Source: Acidimicrobiaceae bacterium (GTDB lineage Bacteria > Actinomycetota > Acidimicrobiia > Acidimicrobiales > Aldehydirespiratoraceae). Taken from it: a stretch of DNA of 64,000 nt. Location: positions 7,589 to 71,588 of the forward strand of contig VYCW01000087.1 in assembly GCA_009843735.1 (NCBI GenBank). Direction: 5' to 3'. Under the pieces are notes generated by a model. That model was not told the DNA's origin. It saw only the letters and a program-made list of their open reading frames with translations, and searched no databases. How positions within the stretch are numbered: position 1 is the first letter of the stretch; each line of letters starts with the position of its first letter. Position numbers and translations under genes: made by a program. This document shows positions 43,128-52,001 of this stretch, piece by piece.

Positions 43128-43964
43128 TCACCCAACGGCGGGCCGAGACACCATTGTACGGGTCACGTCAGTACGGGGCAGTTCGGTGGCGGCCAGAGCG
43201 AGGCCGGCGGTGAGCGCCCGGCCCGAGGTCGCGCCCACTGCGGCCAGCGACTGGGCGGCCCGCACCATTGCGTCGCCGTCGCCGGATCCTGCCGCGTCCA
43301 GCAAGGCGTGGGCGGGCTGGATGCTCTGGCCGGCCGCGGCCCACCTCAGGTAGGCGCGGCTGAGCGTGGTCGTGCGGGCCGTGCGGGCCAAGCGCCCCAG
43401 GGCTACGCGGCGTGCCGAGTCCGTGGCGCACGCCAGCAGGATCCCGGCGAGCACGTCGTCGCCGCTCGGCGTGAGCCCGGGGCCACGCCCCGCAAGCCGA
43501 CCGAACACCGCGGCCAGGTCCCCGCGCCGAAGGTCATGTTTCACCGCTTCCCAAACGGGTGCCAGATCGACGTCCACTCCGGCCGCGAGACCATGCCAAG
43601 CCTCCGGGTCTGCCTTGAGGCGCTCGGGCAGGCTCGGTGCCCAGCGACGGCATCCGTCGAGCAGTACGGCGACCGGGCCGGCCACAAGGGTGCCGTCGGA
43701 GACACGCACTCTCTCGTGAACCGCAGGTAGTTCAGCCATCTCGCCGACGACGAGGTGCAGGGGCCCCGGCCAGTGTCGGGGACCCACTACCGCGAAGATC
43801 TCCTCGGAGGGGCCTGAGACATAGAAGCCGTCGTCGAAGGCGCCCTGCACCCGGCCGACGAATCCGGGACAGGCCGCTTCGAGAACCCCGGCACCGCACC
43901 AGAGCACCGGGACGGGCTCCGCTACTGCTGTACCGTGCGGCCGTGGCCCCGCCCGAGTCATCAT
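43128..43964 (-). CDS. DUF2877 family protein (YlbF/AllH-like)
   Basis: GRGPGLTPSGDDVLAG motif. ATG 43964 (MMTRAG...). The upstream part of the tracked ORF is Arg-rich, non-coding-like sequence. Confidence 0.65.
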   Translation of the reverse strand: MMTRAGPRPHGTAVAEPVPVLWCGAGVLEAACPGFVGRVQGAFDDGFYVSGPSEEIFAVVGPRHWPGPLHLVVGEMAELPAVHERVRVSDGTLVAGPVAVLLDGCRRWAPSLPERLKADPEAWHGLAAGVDVDLAPVWEAVKHDLRRGDLAAVFGRLAGRGPGLTPSGDDVLAGILLACATDSARRVALGRLARTARTTTLSRAYLRWAAAGQSIQPAHALLDAAGSGDGDAMVRAAQSLAAVGATSGRALTAGLALAATELPRTDVTRTMVSRPAVG

Positions 43965-43978
43965 CGCTGGACCGGCTG

Positions 43979-44902
43979 GTGGACGCGGTCCGCACCCATG
44001 GAGGCTTGCGGGCCAAGCGGGCGATCGGAGCTGTCCGGCGCGTCCTCGGTGCCGCCGATCCGCTGAGCGGTCCCGGCGACGACGGCGCCGCGGTGGAGAT
44101 GTCCACCGCCGGCTCGGTGATCGTGTGCGGCGAAGCGCTCCTTCCCGGCTTCGTGGCATCGGATCCCCGGGGCGCGGGGATCGCGGCGGTGCTCGCCAAC
44201 GTCAACGACCTCGCGGCCATGGGAGCGGTCCCCAGAGCGATCGTGAACACTGTCGTAGCGACGGCACCAGTGGCGGCTGAGGCTCTGGGAGGCATGGCCG
44301 AGGCCGCGGCCCTCTACGACGTGCCCATTGTGGGCGGTCACCTGACCGAGCACCAGGGCGAACCGGCGCTGTCGGCGTTCGCGGTCGGCGACGCCGACCG
44401 GGTCCTGTCGGCCGACCGAGCCCGTGCAGGCCAGCATCTCGTGTTCGCCTGCTGCCTCGACGGCAGGATGCGGACCGACTTCGACTTCTTCACCACCCTC
44501 GAATCGCAGGGACCCCGCCTGGCTGCTGATGTGCGTCTGCTGGCCCGGGCGGCCAGCGAGGGTCTCGCTTCGGCGGCCAAGGATGTCAGCATGGCCGGAG
44601 CGATCGGTTCGCTGGCGATGCTGCTTGAACCCGGACGCCTCGGTGCCGAGATCGACCTGCACACGCTGCCGGGGCCTGAGGGGGTGGCCCTGGACCGCTG
44701 GCTGGTCTGCTTCCCGACTTACGCCTTCTGGCTGGCCACGGGCAGACCCGAAGCCTGTGTGGACCTGTTCCGGTCGGCGGGACTGGCCGCCAGCGTCGTC
44801 GGGACCGTCACCGACAGCGGCGTTCTGGCGCTCCGGCAGGGCACCGAGAGCCGGGATGTGATCGATCTCAGACGAGAACCCGTCACCGGTCTCTGGGATT
44901 GA
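43979..44902 (+). CDS. AIR synthase-related (PurM/ThiL/HypE-like) protein, proposed sll0787 family
   Basis: GPGDDGAAVE ATP/Mg motif, NVNDLAAMGA, and the C-terminal PurM_C-like half. Start uncertain (GTG 43979 or CTG 43967). Confidence 0.7.
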   Translation: MDAVRTHGGLRAKRAIGAVRRVLGAADPLSGPGDDGAAVEMSTAGSVIVCGEALLPGFVASDPRGAGIAAVLANVNDLAAMGAVPRAIVNTVVATAPVAAEALGGMAEAAALYDVPIVGGHLTEHQGEPALSAFAVGDADRVLSADRARAGQHLVFACCLDGRMRTDFDFFTTLESQGPRLAADVRLLARAASEGLASAAKDVSMAGAIGSLAMLLEPGRLGAEIDLHTLPGPEGVALDRWLVCFPTYAFWLATGRPEACVDLFRSAGLAASVVGTVTDSGVLALRQGTESRDVIDLRREPVTGLWD

Positions 44903-44933
44903 CCACACCGGCTCGCCCGGCTGCGCCCCCATG

Positions 44934-45593
44934 TCAGGCTCCGGCCGCCTCGATCCGGCTCTTCATGGTCAGCCGGTGATCCTCGAAGAGTTCAGGGTCG
45001 CCGGTCTCCACGTCCCCGAAGGACGCCGCATCCAGCTCAGCCGTCCGGCCGTGCTCGTCGCCCAGCGCGGCCACCATCACCACATAGGTGGGCGCCATCG
45101 TCGAGGGATCGGGCTCGACGGTGCTGACCACCGCCAGCCCGGTGGCCAGATGCAGCTCGATGCGCTGGTAGGGATCGACGAGGCCGGCACCCAGGTCGCC
45201 CTGCTCGTGGACCACCGCCCACGCCTCTCCGGCCTCGCGGGCCGCGGCGATGCGGTCCCGGCGCTCCCGCTCGGCCCGCTCGGCCAGCAGCTCGCGGCGG
45301 CGAATCGCGAACCCAGCCCCGGCGATCTCCGCCTCGGGTAGCCGGTACCCGGCGATGTCGCCGGACGCCCGCAGCGCCCCGTCCACCAGATCGAACCGGC
45401 GCTCCCACCACTCCGCCAGCCCGTCCAGGTCCTCGACCTCCGCCAGGGCGTCGGCCACCGCTCTCACCAGCCTCACCGCGGACTGGTATGCGTCCGGGTT
45501 GGTGGTGGCCACCGGATAGAGCCGGCGCTCACTCTCGTCCCAATGGGCGGCCAGCACCGCAGTGGGGTCTGTGGCCGGAGAGCGGTCGCTCAT
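44934..45593 (-). CDS. Hypothetical protein
   Basis: 219 aa from ATG 45593 with an acidic, coding-like composition. No recognised family. Confidence 0.5.
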   Translation of the reverse strand: MSDRSPATDPTAVLAAHWDESERRLYPVATTNPDAYQSAVRLVRAVADALAEVEDLDGLAEWWERRFDLVDGALRASGDIAGYRLPEAEIAGAGFAIRRRELLAERAERERRDRIAAAREAGEAWAVVHEQGDLGAGLVDPYQRIELHLATGLAVVSTVEPDPSTMAPTYVVMVAALGDEHGRTAELDAASFGDVETGDPELFEDHRLTMKSRIEAAGA

Positions 45594-45673
45594 GGTGCCG
45601 ACTCCTCGTCGTGGGCGCACCCGTCGTTCAGCACGAGACATTGTGGCTTGGCAGGGCCTTGAACGCGTCATCT

Positions 45674-45679
45674 ACTATA
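45674..45679 (-). promoter_or_regulatory. Candidate -10 box TATAGT
   Basis: TCTTATAGT on the minus strand in the divergent 45594..45764 region. Shared with 38464..38472. Confidence 0.25.
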
Positions 45680-45764
45680 AGAAAGTCGGTTCTGCTATCG
45701 GCAGGTCCGCCAACTGGGGCCGGCTCCGCCGGACCCGATCAGGCCTGACGAGAGGGAGTGCGCC

Positions 45765-46745
45765 TTGGCCGAGACCGCAGTCCTCGCTCTCGGTGGCAAC
45801 GCGCTGATCCGCGAGGACCAGCGGGGCACCCTGGAGGAGCAGTACGCCAACGCGCTGGCCATGGCCCTGTCGGTCCGCTCGCTGATCCGCAAGGGCTGGA
45901 ACGTGGTCATCGTGCACGGCAACGGCCCCCAGGTCGGCAACCTGGCCATCCAGCACGAGGGCTCGATCGATCTCGTCCCCGCCCTGCCCCTGTTCACGCT
46001 CGGAGCCATGACCCAGGGGCAGCTGGGAAGCCTGATCTGCCTCGCCCTCAACGAGGTGTGCAAGCAGGAGATCGCCGGGGCGGTGTCCATCATCACCCAC
46101 GTCGAGGTTGACTCGGGCGATCCCAGACTGTCCGAGCCCACCAAGCCGATCGGCCCGTTCTTCGACCAGTCCGAGGCCGAGTCCCTGGCGGCCAATAGGG
46201 GCTGGACAATGGCCGAGGACGCCGGACGCGGCTACCGGCGGGTGGTGCCGTCACCGCGGCCGATGGCACCCATCGAGGCCGACGCCATCTCGGCGCTCAT
46301 CGATCTGGGGTACATCGTGGTGGCCGGCGGCGGGGGCGGGATCCCCGTGGCCCGGTCCGCCGACGGCGCCTACCGGGGTGTCGATGCGGTCATCGACAAG
46401 GACTTCGCGGCCGAGCGCATCGCGGACGCGGTGGCGGCCCAGGCTCTGGTTATGGTCACCGGTGTGGCCGCGGTTCAACTCCATTTCGGCACTCCCCGGC
46501 AGCAGGCGGTGACCGAGATGACGGCCACCGAGGCCCGGCGCCATCTGGCCGACGGCCAGTTCCCTCCAGGAAGCATGGGACCCAAGGTCGAGGCGGCGAT
46601 CGAGTTCGTGGAAGCTCCGGGACGGATCTCGGCCATCACCACTCCCGAATTGGTGTACGGGACCCTCGACGAGCCTGCCGGTGTGATAGCAGGCCCGCGG
46701 GGCACCCGGATAGTGCCCGATCCGGTTCCCGCGCTGATCTCCTGA
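45765..46745 (+). CDS. arcC: Carbamate kinase
   Basis: 326 aa. LALGGNAL, VIVHGNGPQVG and GGGGIPV motifs. TTG start behind AGGGAG. Confidence 0.9.
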   Translation: MAETAVLALGGNALIREDQRGTLEEQYANALAMALSVRSLIRKGWNVVIVHGNGPQVGNLAIQHEGSIDLVPALPLFTLGAMTQGQLGSLICLALNEVCKQEIAGAVSIITHVEVDSGDPRLSEPTKPIGPFFDQSEAESLAANRGWTMAEDAGRGYRRVVPSPRPMAPIEADAISALIDLGYIVVAGGGGGIPVARSADGAYRGVDAVIDKDFAAERIADAVAAQALVMVTGVAAVQLHFGTPRQQAVTEMTATEARRHLADGQFPPGSMGPKVEAAIEFVEAPGRISAITTPELVYGTLDEPAGVIAGPRGTRIVPDPVPALIS

Positions 46746-46757
46746 CGGATCCAGGCC

Positions 46758-48308
46758 ATGACCGCCACAGCCAAGGTCGTCGCAGACTGCTACGTCGACA
46801 GTGTGCGACTGCTCGAGGCAACCCGCGCCATGCGCGAGGCTCCCGGTGTCGACTGGGCCTGGGCGCTCATGGCCACGCCGGCCAACCTGGAGGTCCTCTT
46901 CGACGAGGGAGTGACCGAAGGGCTCGACGGCGCCGCGGCCAACGACCTCGTCCTGGCGGTCAAGGGCACCGACGAGAACTTGCCGGCAGCCCTGTTGAGA
47001 GCCTGGGCGGTGCTGTTCGAGGAGACCGGTTCAGCCGGTACCGGCGCCCCGCCTGACGCACGCCCCGCCGGCCTGGACGACGCTCTGGTCTCGGCACCGG
47101 AGGCCAACGTCGCCATCGTCTCCGTGCCCGGCCCGTACGCAGCCCTCGAGGCCCACAAGGCCCTCACCCGCGGTCTCGACGTGCTGCTGTTCAGCGACAA
47201 CGTGGACTTGGCCGACGAGATCGATCTGAAGCGCCGGGCCCGCTCTATCGGTCGCCTGGTCATGGGACCGGGCGCGGGCACGGCGGTGCTGGCCGGTGTG
47301 GGCCTCGGCTTCTCGAACCGGGTGGCTCGCGGCCCGGTGGGGGTGGTGGCCGCGGCCGGCACCGGCGCTCAGGAAGTGATGACGTTGCTCGACCGTTGGG
47401 GATCGGGCGTGTCCCATGTCATCGGGGTGGGCGGCCGGGACCTCTCGGCCGCGGTCGGAGGGGCCATGGCCGGGGCGGCCATCGAGGCGCTCGACCGCCA
47501 CGAAGGGACCGAGTTGACGCTCCTGGTGTCCAAGCCGCCCGCAGCCGAGGTCGCCGAGCGCCTGCTGGGCGCTTCCCGCAGCAAGCCGCTGGTGGCCGCA
47601 TTGATCGGGTTGGACCGGCCGGTGAACGCAGCGCCCGGCGTCACGGTGTGCGGCACGCTCGAGGAGGGAGCCGTGGCCGCGCTGAGCGCGCTCGGTTCGG
47701 CGGAACCCGACCCGGTCGGCTCCCTCGACGCCGAGGTCGCCAGGCTCACCACCGCCCTCAGCCCATCCCGCAGGCGCATGGTCGGGCTGTTCAGCGGGGG
47801 CACGCTGGCCTACGAGGCCATGGTCGTCGCCAGTCGCCACATCGGGCCGGTGTACTCGAACACGCCGCTCGAGCCCTCCTGGGGGCTGCCCGGTCCCGGA
47901 GATGGTCACGTGTGCCTGGACCTCGGCGAGGAGGAGTACACGCAGGGCAGGCCCCACCCCATGATCGACCCCGAGGCCAGGGTCGAGCTGCTGCGCCAGC
48001 AGGCCTCGGATCCGAGCGTGGGCGTCGTGCTGCTCGATGTGGTCATCGGCGACGGGGCCCACCCCGACCCCGCAGCGGTGCTGGCTCCGGTCGTCGCGGA
48101 GCTGGTGGCGACGGGCGCGGCCGTGGTGGCCTACGTCCTGGGCACCGACCGCGACCCGCAGGGCTTCGAGCGCCAGCGCGACGTGATGCGCCAGGCCGGC
48201 TGCGTCGTCGCCGACACCAGCGCCCGGGCGGCCCTGGCCGCGGCCGCTCTCATCAACCGCGACGCTGCCCTCCTCCACTACGACCTGTCGGCGCACCTGG
48301 CGACGTGA
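46758..48308 (+). CDS. fdrA: FdrA family protein (succinyl-CoA-synthetase-alpha-like; AllF-like)
   Basis: 516 aa. YVDSVRLL N-terminus and CoA-ligase-like GPGAGTA / GTGAQE segments. Confidence 0.75.
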   Translation: MTATAKVVADCYVDSVRLLEATRAMREAPGVDWAWALMATPANLEVLFDEGVTEGLDGAAANDLVLAVKGTDENLPAALLRAWAVLFEETGSAGTGAPPDARPAGLDDALVSAPEANVAIVSVPGPYAALEAHKALTRGLDVLLFSDNVDLADEIDLKRRARSIGRLVMGPGAGTAVLAGVGLGFSNRVARGPVGVVAAAGTGAQEVMTLLDRWGSGVSHVIGVGGRDLSAAVGGAMAGAAIEALDRHEGTELTLLVSKPPAAEVAERLLGASRSKPLVAALIGLDRPVNAAPGVTVCGTLEEGAVAALSALGSAEPDPVGSLDAEVARLTTALSPSRRRMVGLFSGGTLAYEAMVVASRHIGPVYSNTPLEPSWGLPGPGDGHVCLDLGEEEYTQGRPHPMIDPEARVELLRQQASDPSVGVVLLDVVIGDGAHPDPAAVLAPVVAELVATGAAVVAYVLGTDRDPQGFERQRDVMRQAGCVVADTSARAALAAAALINRDAALLHYDLSAHLAT

Positions 48309-49456
48309 GGCGACCGGACCGGATCGCGATCGTCACCTTCTCGGTCAAGCCTCGCGGCGGCGCCGTGCACAGCGTGGAACTGGCGGAGGCTCTGGCCGCC
48401 GAAGGCGTCGACGTGACCCTCATCGCCCTGGGCGATCCGGCGGAGGGGTTCTTCAGGGCCGCGACGGTGCCGGTGCACATCATCGAAGCCCCCCGGCGTG
48501 CCCCGACGCTGACCGAGCGGGTCTTCTCGCACATCGACGCCCTCGAGTCGGGCCTCGGGGACCTGCGGGGCCGGTTCGACATCGTGCACACCCAGGACTG
48601 CATATCGGCCCGGGCCGCGGCCCGGGTACGGGACCGCGGCGGCGGCTTCCGGCTCTTCCGGACGGTTCACCACATAGACGACTTCACCACGCCCGCGCTT
48701 GTCGAGTGCCAGGACGCGGCCATCCTGGAGCCGGACCGGGTGCTGGTGGTTAGCGAGCCCTGGAGGCGGCGCCTTCTCGACGAGTACGGCGTGGAGGCGG
48801 CGGTGGTCACCAACGGGGTGAGGGTCGAGCGGTTCGCGGGCGCAAGGCCACCCGGCGAACGGGACCGGCTACGAACCCGGATCGGCGCCGCCGACCGCCA
48901 CGTGTTCCTGACGGTGGGAGGGATCGAGCCCCGCAAGGGCTCGCAGTACCTGGTCGAGGCGCTGGGCCTGCTCAAGGCCATGCCGGGACAGGCCCCGATG
49001 CTGGCGGTGGTGGGCGGGCACTCCTTCCAGGACTATCGGGCCTACCGGGACGACGTGCTCGACTCGCTGGGGTCCCACGGCCTGCGGCTCGACGACGACG
49101 TGGCGCTGATCGGGACGGTTCCCGACGCCGAGCTGCCCGGCTGGTTCGGTGCTGCCGACAGCTTCGTGTTCCCGTCGGTCAGCGAGGGCTGGGGCCTGGC
49201 GGTGCTGGAGGCCCTGGCCGCAGGGCTGCCGGTGGTGACCTCCGACATCGAGGTCTTCAAGGAGTTCCTGACCCACGAAGTCGATGTGGTAATGACCGAG
49301 ACGGCCAACCCGGCCTCGCTGGCCGCCGGCATGGCCAGGGTGAGAGACGAACCCGACCTAGTGCAACGGCTGCGGGCCAACGGCGCGGCCACGGCCGGCC
49401 GCTACTCGTGGTCGAGCACGGCCCGGCGCCACCTGGAGCTCTACACCGGGGATTGA
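48305..49456 (+). CDS. GT4 glycosyltransferase, proposed MSMEG_0565 family
   Basis: GTG 48305 overlaps the fdrA stop (GTGA). PSVSEGWGLAVLEALAAGLPVV E-x7-E motif. 383 aa. Confidence 0.8.
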   Translation: MRRPDRIAIVTFSVKPRGGAVHSVELAEALAAEGVDVTLIALGDPAEGFFRAATVPVHIIEAPRRAPTLTERVFSHIDALESGLGDLRGRFDIVHTQDCISARAAARVRDRGGGFRLFRTVHHIDDFTTPALVECQDAAILEPDRVLVVSEPWRRRLLDEYGVEAAVVTNGVRVERFAGARPPGERDRLRTRIGAADRHVFLTVGGIEPRKGSQYLVEALGLLKAMPGQAPMLAVVGGHSFQDYRAYRDDVLDSLGSHGLRLDDDVALIGTVPDAELPGWFGAADSFVFPSVSEGWGLAVLEALAAGLPVVTSDIEVFKEFLTHEVDVVMTETANPASLAAGMARVRDEPDLVQRLRANGAATAGRYSWSSTARRHLELYTGD

Positions 49457-50160
49457 GCGTCGCTCGAGTCTCGGGCCGGCGCACGCGACAGCAGCGTGCC
49501 GGTCGCGAGGGCCATCACGGCCCATGCCACCGCCAGCGCGCCCAGGGAGGCCAGCCGGAAACGCCACACGAGGTCGGCGGGGGCCTCGACGGTGTCGGGA
49601 CTGGCCGGCAGGGCCAGGAAGATCACGGCCAGGCCCGCGGCGTAGAGCACGGCCGTCGCCCAGGTCTGCGCCGCCGGGGGCAGCCGGACGGCCCGATGGA
49701 ACCTCCAGACCGCCCACGCCAGCAGGATCGACAGCGCCAGCACCGCGAAGTACAGCATCGTGCGCTCGTTGACGGTGGAGGGATCGCCGACCGCCGGAGG
49801 GTTGGCCGGGTACTTGAGGAAGGGCACGACCACCACCGCCACGAACCCCACACATCCGAGCCGGACCGAAGCGGCCAGGGGCGTGGATGCGGCCAGCCGG
49901 GGCCCGACCGCGCCGAGCACCACCGCGAAGATCACGCCCAGAGCCAGCCCGAAGACGATCAGCCCGACCGCTCCGCCGATCTCCTGGGTGCCCCGGGTGA
50001 ACAGGTCCTCGTGATGGGCGCCGCTGGTGGCGTGGCTGAGGCTGTCCTCGAGGGCGATGGCGTCGCGGATCGGCCCGCGGCCCGCGGTCGCTGCGAACAG
50101 CGCCGAGGCAGCACCGGCGGCCAGCCCGGCCAGGCTGCCGGCGGCCAGTAGTCGCTTCAT
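49441..50160 (-). CDS. cbtA: Putative cobalt transporter subunit CbtA
   Basis: 239 aa multi-TM protein with a His-containing loop (SHATSGAHHED), located directly downstream of cbtB. Confidence 0.55.
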   Translation of the reverse strand: MKRLLAAGSLAGLAAGAASALFAATAGRGPIRDAIALEDSLSHATSGAHHEDLFTRGTQEIGGAVGLIVFGLALGVIFAVVLGAVGPRLAASTPLAASVRLGCVGFVAVVVVPFLKYPANPPAVGDPSTVNERTMLYFAVLALSILLAWAVWRFHRAVRLPPAAQTWATAVLYAAGLAVIFLALPASPDTVEAPADLVWRFRLASLGALAVAWAVMALATGTLLSRAPARDSSDAQSPV

Positions 50161-50229
50161 CGGCGCGGGATGGGAGCTAGCCCGCTCGCCGGCGCCGGTG
50201 CGGGCGGAACATCCGGCGGCCTCCGGGCG

Positions 50230-50436
50230 TCAGTGGCAGGGCACGCCAACGAAGTGCCGGCCGTCGTGGAAGAACTCGTGGAGGGTCTCTGCTGCGCCAC
50301 TGAGCACCGCGCCGTTCTCGAGCATCACGAAGTACGACACCAGAGCGGCCACCGCGACGAGAGCCCAGGCCCAAACCGGTATGTCGATCTCCTCGAATGC
50401 GGGGGCAGCCAGCGCGGGCAGAGCGTGAGTCTCCAT
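50230..50436 (-). CDS. cbtB: Putative cobalt transporter subunit CbtB
   Basis: About 68 aa from ATG 50436. One TM helix and the C-terminal HEFFHDGRHFVGVPCH motif characteristic of CbtB. Confidence 0.65.
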   Translation of the reverse strand: METHALPALAAPAFEEIDIPVWAWALVAVAALVSYFVMLENGAVLSGAAETLHEFFHDGRHFVGVPCH

Positions 50437-50495
50437 GCCAGCAGTGTCGCACACGCCCGACGCCAGCACCAATACCTACACCTGGCGCGGCACGT

Positions 50496-52001
50496 CTAGG
50501 CCACCGGACCGAGCAGAGCCTCACCCGTCGGACCGGACGCCGACCAGGACGGGTCGAGCCCGCAGCGCAGTTCCGCTCCAGCGGCGGGGCGGGCGGTGGC
50601 CGAGCGATCCGCGGGCGTCAAGTCCCAGAGCAGCGCCGGACGGGATCCATGCCAGCGCACCGAGAACGACAGCGTGCCGTGACGGGTCGCGATCGAGAGG
50701 GCGTCGGCCGATGCCCCCCGCCATACAGCGGGCAGGGCGGGCGCCATCACAATGTGATCAGCAGCCTCGGCCACCAAGCAGTCCATGAGGGCCTCGATCC
50801 CGGCCAAGCCGTCACCGCCGAAGACGACACTGTCCCGGACCAACGCGTGTACGCGATCATCGGAACCCTCGCTGCGGGTCACCGGCGCTCGTGAGGTGCT
50901 CTCGAAGAGCAGCCGGCGCGCGTCGCGGGCCGCCGCGGGCGCCTCCTGTTCCAGTGCAGCTGCGACCTGCTCCAGCGTGGAGGCGTCGAGACGGTCGCCG
51001 GCGGCGTCGACCAGGGGGCCGGCCCACTCGGCCAGACCCGACATCCGGCCGCTGCGCAGCCGGCGCGATGCCAGGGCCCGCAGGATCGCGGCCGCCTCAA
51101 CCGGTGACAGCCGCGAGCCCACCAACCCCCGCATGATCGCGTCCCATCCCCGGTCAGCCTCATCGGCGAGCCCCACCCGGTCGAGCACCACTGCGGCTCG
51201 GGATGCAGTCACGATGTCGGCTCCACCCGCGGCCAGGATGCAGGCCGCGATCCCTCGCCGCCATGCTCGCTCTGCCGACTCATCGGTCAGCGCCACCGAC
51301 GCAGCTCTCGACACAAGAGCCAGCCAGCCGGCCGCGACCTGCGCCGGTGGTCGGATCTCCACGGGGCTGCCGGCGACGGGCACGGTCACCCGAAGCGGTA
51401 CGCCCACGGCCAGCGGAACCAGCACCGCTGCGGCCGCCAGCCCCGACCGGCTGCGAGCCTCGCAGTCGCCCGCCGGCGGCCCGGACCGGACGGCTTCCCA
51501 TATGTCACCGTCGCTCACGGCCGCCGCGCCCCCCGGCGTCCGGTCGAGTTCCAGAGCGTTCCGGCCGTCGGCCAGCAGGCGCGATCCTTGTACCCGCGCG
51601 GTCGAGAGCGAGCCGGATACGGCCAGGGCCACGCTCACCGGCCCGGTGGACTCGTTCACGAACTCGACCACCACCGCCCGGCCGGCCCCGTCGGTGATCG
51701 CCGCCGCCCGCTGGACCACATCCCCGCCCGGCACCCTCATGGCCGTCGCCACCACGGGCATGTCGTCGACCAGACGGGCGCGGACCGCGGCCTCCTCGGC
51801 GGCGATGTGCCAGCGGTCCTCCGTCCCGACGGCCCAACTCACGCGCCACGGCGACCCCAGGGGCTCGACAGTGCCGCCTGCGCTCACCGCGGCGACCGGT
51901 CCCTCAAGGTCGCCGATGAGCTCTCGAGCCCCGCGGTCGGACGCCTCCGCCTCCCGCAGACCGGCATCCCTCCGGGTGGGTTCGGTCCGCCGGGACCTCA
52001 C
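50496..52001 (-). CDS. Hypothetical protein (Ala/Arg-rich, ~501 aa)
   Basis: GTG 52001 overlaps the gpsA stop (GTGA). No recognised domain. The upstream part of the 823-aa tracked ORF is out-of-frame gpsA. Confidence 0.5.
   Translation of the reverse strand: MRSRRTEPTRRDAGLREAEASDRGARELIGDLEGPVAAVSAGGTVEPLGSPWRVSWAVGTEDRWHIAAEEAAVRARLVDDMPVVATAMRVPGGDVVQRAAAITDGAGRAVVVEFVNESTGPVSVALAVSGSLSTARVQGSRLLADGRNALELDRTPGGAAAVSDGDIWEAVRSGPPAGDCEARSRSGLAAAAVLVPLAVGVPLRVTVPVAGSPVEIRPPAQVAAGWLALVSRAASVALTDESAERAWRRGIAACILAAGGADIVTASRAAVVLDRVGLADEADRGWDAIMRGLVGSRLSPVEAAAILRALASRRLRSGRMSGLAEWAGPLVDAAGDRLDASTLEQVAAALEQEAPAAARDARRLLFESTSRAPVTRSEGSDDRVHALVRDSVVFGGDGLAGIEALMDCLVAEAADHIVMAPALPAVWRGASADALSIATRHGTLSFSVRWHGSRPALLWDLTPADRSATARPAAGAELRCGLDPSWSASGPTGEALLGPVA

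Noticed and set aside
43637-43978. N-terminal extension of the AIR-synthase-like ORF
   Set aside because: The translation is extremely Arg/Pro-rich and lies antisense to the DUF2877 coding region. PurM-like homology begins only after about 43979.
29320-50436. Nitrilase, amidase, transposase or integrase genes in or next to the large cluster
   Set aside because: I looked for CN-hydrolase (E-K-C) and amidase-signature patterns and for mobile-element genes in all six frames of the track. None was found, and this absence is itself used as evidence in the findings.
50437-50495. Possible cobalamin riboswitch upstream of cbtB
   Set aside because: Only 59 nt separate cbtB from the preceding gene, which is far too short for a B12 element. 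No B12-box-like sequence is visible.
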